From Bugula neritina (taxonomy: Eukaryota > Animalia > Bryozoa): 25,619 bases of DNA. Both the position numbers and the translations under genes were made by a program. How positions within the stretch are numbered: the first letter of the stretch is position 1; each line of letters opens with the position of its first letter. Where the stretch lies: the NCBI GenBank assembly GCA_964035545.1, contig CAXIUT010000005.1, forward strand, positions 1-25,619. The letters are read 5' to 3'. A model generated the notes under the pieces. The model was given only the letters and a program-made list of their open reading frames with translations, was not told where the DNA came from and did not search any database. This document shows positions 21,412 to 25,619 of the stretch, one piece after another.

Positions 21412-22572
21412 ATGGGAGCATCTTTAAACCCATCCATAAACAATGACCCAAATATTCAAATATTTCTAACAACAGCTAAAAGAGTTTACTACGCAGGTTA
21501 GACAGTCTAAGGAGCAGTCCATATCAACTGCACAGATAACAGGCCTTACCATACTCTACGCATGAGAATATAAGGAAAATAAAAAGTTTAATGGAGTTAA
21601 TAACATGGATCTGGATAACATACTTATACAGTAACCTACTACAATGATAGAGATTCCTATTTTCATTAATTCGATCTAGCACAGTTCAATGGAGGAATAC
21701 AACTAGGACATTACAGTTTCCCCTTTACTCTTCAACTACCTACAGCTTTTCCCTCGAGTTTCATCTATAACTTCCAAAATTATATACAATACTACCTGTC
21801 TCCCTACTTGGCTAGCTACGATGGAAGCAGTTCTAACCAGATGTTCAGAAAATCTCTGCATATCAGATAACCAGCTAGAGGAATGCTGACTAATGTTAAA
21901 GGAGATGGCTACAGCTAATCACGATGCTGTGGATGTTGCTGTAGTGGAGGTATTGTTAATTTGGGCTTTTAAATCGATCAGAATCATCTTGAGTATAATA
22001 AGACTTTCAGGATGATGGGAGTAATAGATAATTCAACTAGTTAGTCACCAATCAAGAACTTTAAAGTTGTGATCAGGTAGATAAACAAAATGATCTAAAG
22101 TGGAGGTCATCAAAACAATTCTTTTCGATAAACTCTTATCTATGATTCTCTTAAAGGAGTTTAAGCAGGAATGAAAGATTCCTTTTCAGCTGAAGTCATT
22201 GTACCTCCAGAAGTAATAGGGTATACTGCTATAGGCAATATTATATCAAGGACTTATTATCTTGCATTGATTGCTTAGGTCCAATGTTGCTATTCTAATC
22301 CTCAAATACAAGTTCCAGTGGTTTTGAATAGCATCAATTAACCATAGATATAATCAGGATAGTAAGTGCTCCCTCCTGATTCTTGGAATCCAGTCGTTGC
22401 CCAGTCTCTATCTTTTGTCAACTTGAAACCTTACATCTACCAACCAATGCCAGGAATAGATGTTATAAATCAGGAAGGAGTGGCAGTAATGGGTCAAAAC
22501 TAGATGATGCACCAGATGCCAGCAAATAACAACACTACAAAACATGTAGAATCATACCAAATGTAATATTGA
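21412..22572 (+). CDS. Arrestin-domain protein 2, 386 aa
   Basis: Colinear paralog of 20112-21263 with the same motifs, open to TGA22570-22572. Confidence 0.88.
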
Positions 22573-22604
22573 TTTATTTCTCTATAATAAATTTAATATA
22601 TCTC

Positions 22605-23743
22605 ATGGGTTCATCACTAAATAAAGACGAAAACATCTAAATTTTTATGACTCTTGACCAACGTATGTACTTTGCTGGGTCTACCGTTAAAGGTGTCGTT
22701 CATATCAACTGCAAAAGCTAAAGACCCTATCGCTACCTTAAAATAAAAATATAAGGTTAAATTAATAAGTATTGTGGAGTGAACACTACGGACAGCATTC
22801 CCATGTAACATACCACAACTCAAGACAAAGTTACATTCATGAATTTGATTTGGCAAAATTCGATTTAGGAATACAAAGTGGTCACTACAGTTTTCCTTTT
22901 ACTTTGGAGCTACCAAATGCCTTTCCTTCCAGTTTCAAGTATGACTTCGCCAACTATATTAAATACTAGATATCTGCTTTTCTTCCTCTATATGACTAAA
23001 AAAGTTCAGACCAGGTCTACAAACGTTCCTTACATATCAGAGAACCTCCAAGAGCTATTACTGGCAATTTGAAAGGATAAACTACAAGTGAGTCACAGTG
23101 TTGTAACTGTTGCTGTAGTTGTGGAGTGACTAGTTTGTACTTGTAAGCTGATGTGACACATATTGAATACAATAAAAATTTCCATGTAAGAGGAAGAATC
23201 GATAGTCGTATGAGCAAAGCAGATATAAAAAATTACAAAGTAGTCCTGAGATAAATAGTTAAACTTGTATCTAGTGTAGGTCGTTGTCAAACTCATTCCA
23301 CAGACACCCTACTCTATTAGTCTCAAAAGTCTCTTTCTGTTGGATAAAATGATCAATTCCAAGCTGAAGTCAAAGTTCCATAAGGAGTTATCGGATATAC
23401 AGCTATTGGCAACATCCTCTACCGGGCTTATTTCTTAACTCTCATAGCTGAAGTAAGTTGCTGCTATTCTAATCCTAAAATTGAATTACCAGCTGTCTTG
23501 AATACATCTTTGTTGCCTGACTTTTAGGATGGAGAGGAAGAGCAACCACCAGTTGGTTGGAATCCAGCAGTTGCTCAATCTTTATCTTTTGTTAACCTTA
23601 AACCATACATCTATGCACCTGAAAATGAGATAGATGTAAATAATCAAAATGGAAAAGCTGTAATGGTATAAAACTAAATGATGCAAAAAATGCCTGCAAA
23701 CCAACCAATGAATCAAACAGATATTACTTTGCAGACTCTATGA
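22605..23743 (+). CDS. Arrestin-domain protein 3 with an apparent frameshift near 22758-22762
   Basis: Homology to paralogs 1 and 2 runs in one frame up to GGT22755 and continues in the +2 frame (EEVLWSE...GHYSFPFTLELPNAFPSSF) to TGA23741-23743. Confidence 0.72.
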
Positions 23744-23839
23744 TCTATTATTCTCTAATTTGACAACACAAAGCATTTCTAGCATTTATATTTTATTTTA
23801 AAAAATGATTGATATTAATACTTATTATATTCGCTAGTA

Positions 23840-24119
23840 ATGCTTGGAGTTATCAAAAAAGACAAAGATATAGATTTAAGTTTGAAGTGAAAAAAAATCT
23901 AAAACAGATTTGGCTAAAAATTGAAAGGATATGTCTACATCAACTGCATCAAAGATAGTCCTTATTGATTGTTGAATTTAAAGATCAAAGGACGAGAGGA
24001 AGTCAAATGGAATAAATTTAACTCAGTATTTAACTCAGTTTATCAAAATAAAAGAGATAAATACTACTGCTAATTTAACCTTGGATAGTTCAATTAAGGT
24101 ATTAAAAAAAGACATTATA
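23840..24119 (+). pseudogene. Decayed, truncated fourth arrestin copy (N-terminal fragment)
   Basis: Translates as ...KLKGYVYINCIKDSPY*LLNLKIKGREEVKW...YCEFNLGEFNEGIKKRHY, alignable to the paralogs. In-frame TGA at 23888 and 23966; similarity ends near 24120. Confidence 0.78.
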
Positions 24120-24244
24120 AAAACTTTTACTCTATGACAAATAATCGAATCCTTTTCTATTAAATAACTTTTCATCTAAATATCGAAATAAAAATAAATA
24201 AAATAAAATAAAGATTTCAAGTATAAAGACAATACCACAAACAA

Positions 24245-25439
24245 TCATCTAAGATGAGCGATATGAGACCCAGTCTGTCCTAGCCGAGCAGTCACAGTAT
24301 CCAACATACTTTTCATTCCAGCTTTCCTATCCAACTTATTTCTAGCTTCCTAATCATACTCAATATAGTGCTGAATCTCCTTATGCATCTCTCCATTAGT
24401 TTTCTCACATTCTATAATCTGCCTCAATATCGAATCGATTTCCGAATTAAGGATCTGGTATTATTCATTATAATCCGCATTCTAATGCTGAAGAGCATCA
24501 TGCTATAGTTCTGCCTGGTCAAGTTAGTTTTATATATTTCTTAGAGAATGTTCTCCCTGTTTGATTCGTTTAGTTTGCTCCTTATTTTTTAATATTATCG
24601 ACTACAACTGCTATTAAGTATGCCTCAACTCCTGTGAATTTCTAGAACACTACTTGTCCAACTTATTGATTTTATCTTTCAACTCCTAGATCTACCTCTG
24701 CAACTGATCCAACTTACGATTGGTCGTACTCACCATATCATCTCGACTTCGCATCTACGATACCAACTACATTTGACAAAACCAATACCTCTGTATGATC
24801 CTTCTATGCCACGAGAAGCATGCTGGCTAATTTGTTATTAGAAGACTACAAAAATCTAGCTTCTTTCTATAGAGATTTCAATTTGGTGATTGCCTATTCG
24901 AGATTAAACTACAACTTCTAATTTTAGTTATCAAATTTATTTCTATCATCTTTTAAAGTTTTAATCTAAATAGTTTTAATTGATACTTTTCCAACAATAC
25001 TTTTATTTTATTATTCTACTTGCTAGTTTTTACCCTAAACATCTCTATTACTTGTCATCAAAGAAGCGATCTCATTCTATCTGTTATCACTGGCTCTTTT
25101 GATAGTCTGCGCCTCTCTTAGCACATCTTAGATATGAACAGATGTTTTATGTATTTGTATTTTAAGATGATCCATTTCCATCCTCAAATCTGATATATTC
25201 TTTTTATTGATATCCGTCTTCAACCTAAATCAATACAAAAGTAACCTATTCTCATTCTATATTCTTTCTTTTTAATCTTTCAACATTGAATATCTTGTCT
25301 AACAATTATGAACATCATCTGTCAATGATATCTCTTCATGCTCTTTGTCTCGTAATTCGTAGAGTTCTTTCTTTAATGCAGAAATAAGAGCATCACGCTG
25401 GAGGGATTAGGATTGGTCCGATGTGTTTCCTCTGTACAT
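24245..25439 (-). CDS. Coiled-coil hypothetical protein, about 376 aa; introns 25225-25245 (21 nt), 24966-24986 (21 nt, probable), 24767-24788 (22 nt)
   Basis: MYRGNTSDQSESLQRDALISALKKELYELRDKE... heptad-rich throughout. The introns remove an in-frame TGA and restore frame; stop at 24245-24247. Confidence 0.75.
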
Positions 25440-25563
25440 ATATTTATCGTTAGTTTTTTATATATAAATTGACATACTGCGACCTATATCAGAATATATA
25501 ATGATTTATCCTGTCCTGACTAACTATATGATTAATATAGGTTGACTGTAATTGTTATGTTTA

Positions 25564-25619
25564 GGGGTTGGGGTTGGGTTGGGGTTGGGGTTGGGGTTGG
25601 GGTTGGGGTTGGGGTTGGG
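25564..25619. repeat. Right telomere, (GGGGTT)n
   Basis: G4T2 array at the 3' end, with one GGGTT variant unit, ending TTGGG. Confidence 0.96.

Noticed and set aside
200-23296. Short ORFs in the supplied standard-code track
   Set aside because: They are fragments of longer genes cut at TAA/TAG sense codons, or antisense and off-frame shadows of those genes.
23888-23968. TGA readthrough or selenocysteine in arrestin copy 4
   Set aside because: The copy is also truncated, diverged and lacks the MG start; TGA acts as stop in all intact genes and Trp is encoded by TGG.
24016-24039. 12-nt tandem repeat ATTTAACTCAGT x2 (and a 10-nt duplication near 7813-7831)
   Set aside because: Simple slippage duplications in pseudogene or intergenic DNA, with no sign of an inserted mobile element.

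Overview
This is ciliate macronuclear DNA, most likely from a peritrich: a gene-dense 25.6 kb contig capped by (CCCCAA)n and (GGGGTT)n telomeres. The supplied standard-code ORF track is misleading, because TAA and TAG encode glutamate here (peritrich code, NCBI table 30) and TGA is the only stop. Read that way, the window holds, in order: a two-TM membrane protein, a coiled-coil protein, a 3.49 kb tandem duplication of three genes (TAP42/alpha4, a tail-anchored acidic protein, a Cys-rich type I surface protein), a hypothetical gene head-to-head with a 2560-aa USP9/24/34-type deubiquitinase, three tRNA-like genes, a DHHC-like protein with SHHC, an array of Cys-rich arrestin-domain genes (two intact, one frameshifted, one decayed) and a final coiled-coil gene. 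Inferred introns are only 20-22 nt. The most unusual element is the Pol III-type array at 18553-19135: near-identical Ser/Leu-type (class II) tRNA bodies with compensatory stem changes and a U discriminator, but three different 27-38 nt inserts in place of the anticodon loop (nominal anticodons UUA, UAA, UCG). That array and the SHHC gene lie in a 1.46 kb segment bracketed by two internal, same-orientation telomeric tracts. All calls come from manual translation and folding; no database search was run.
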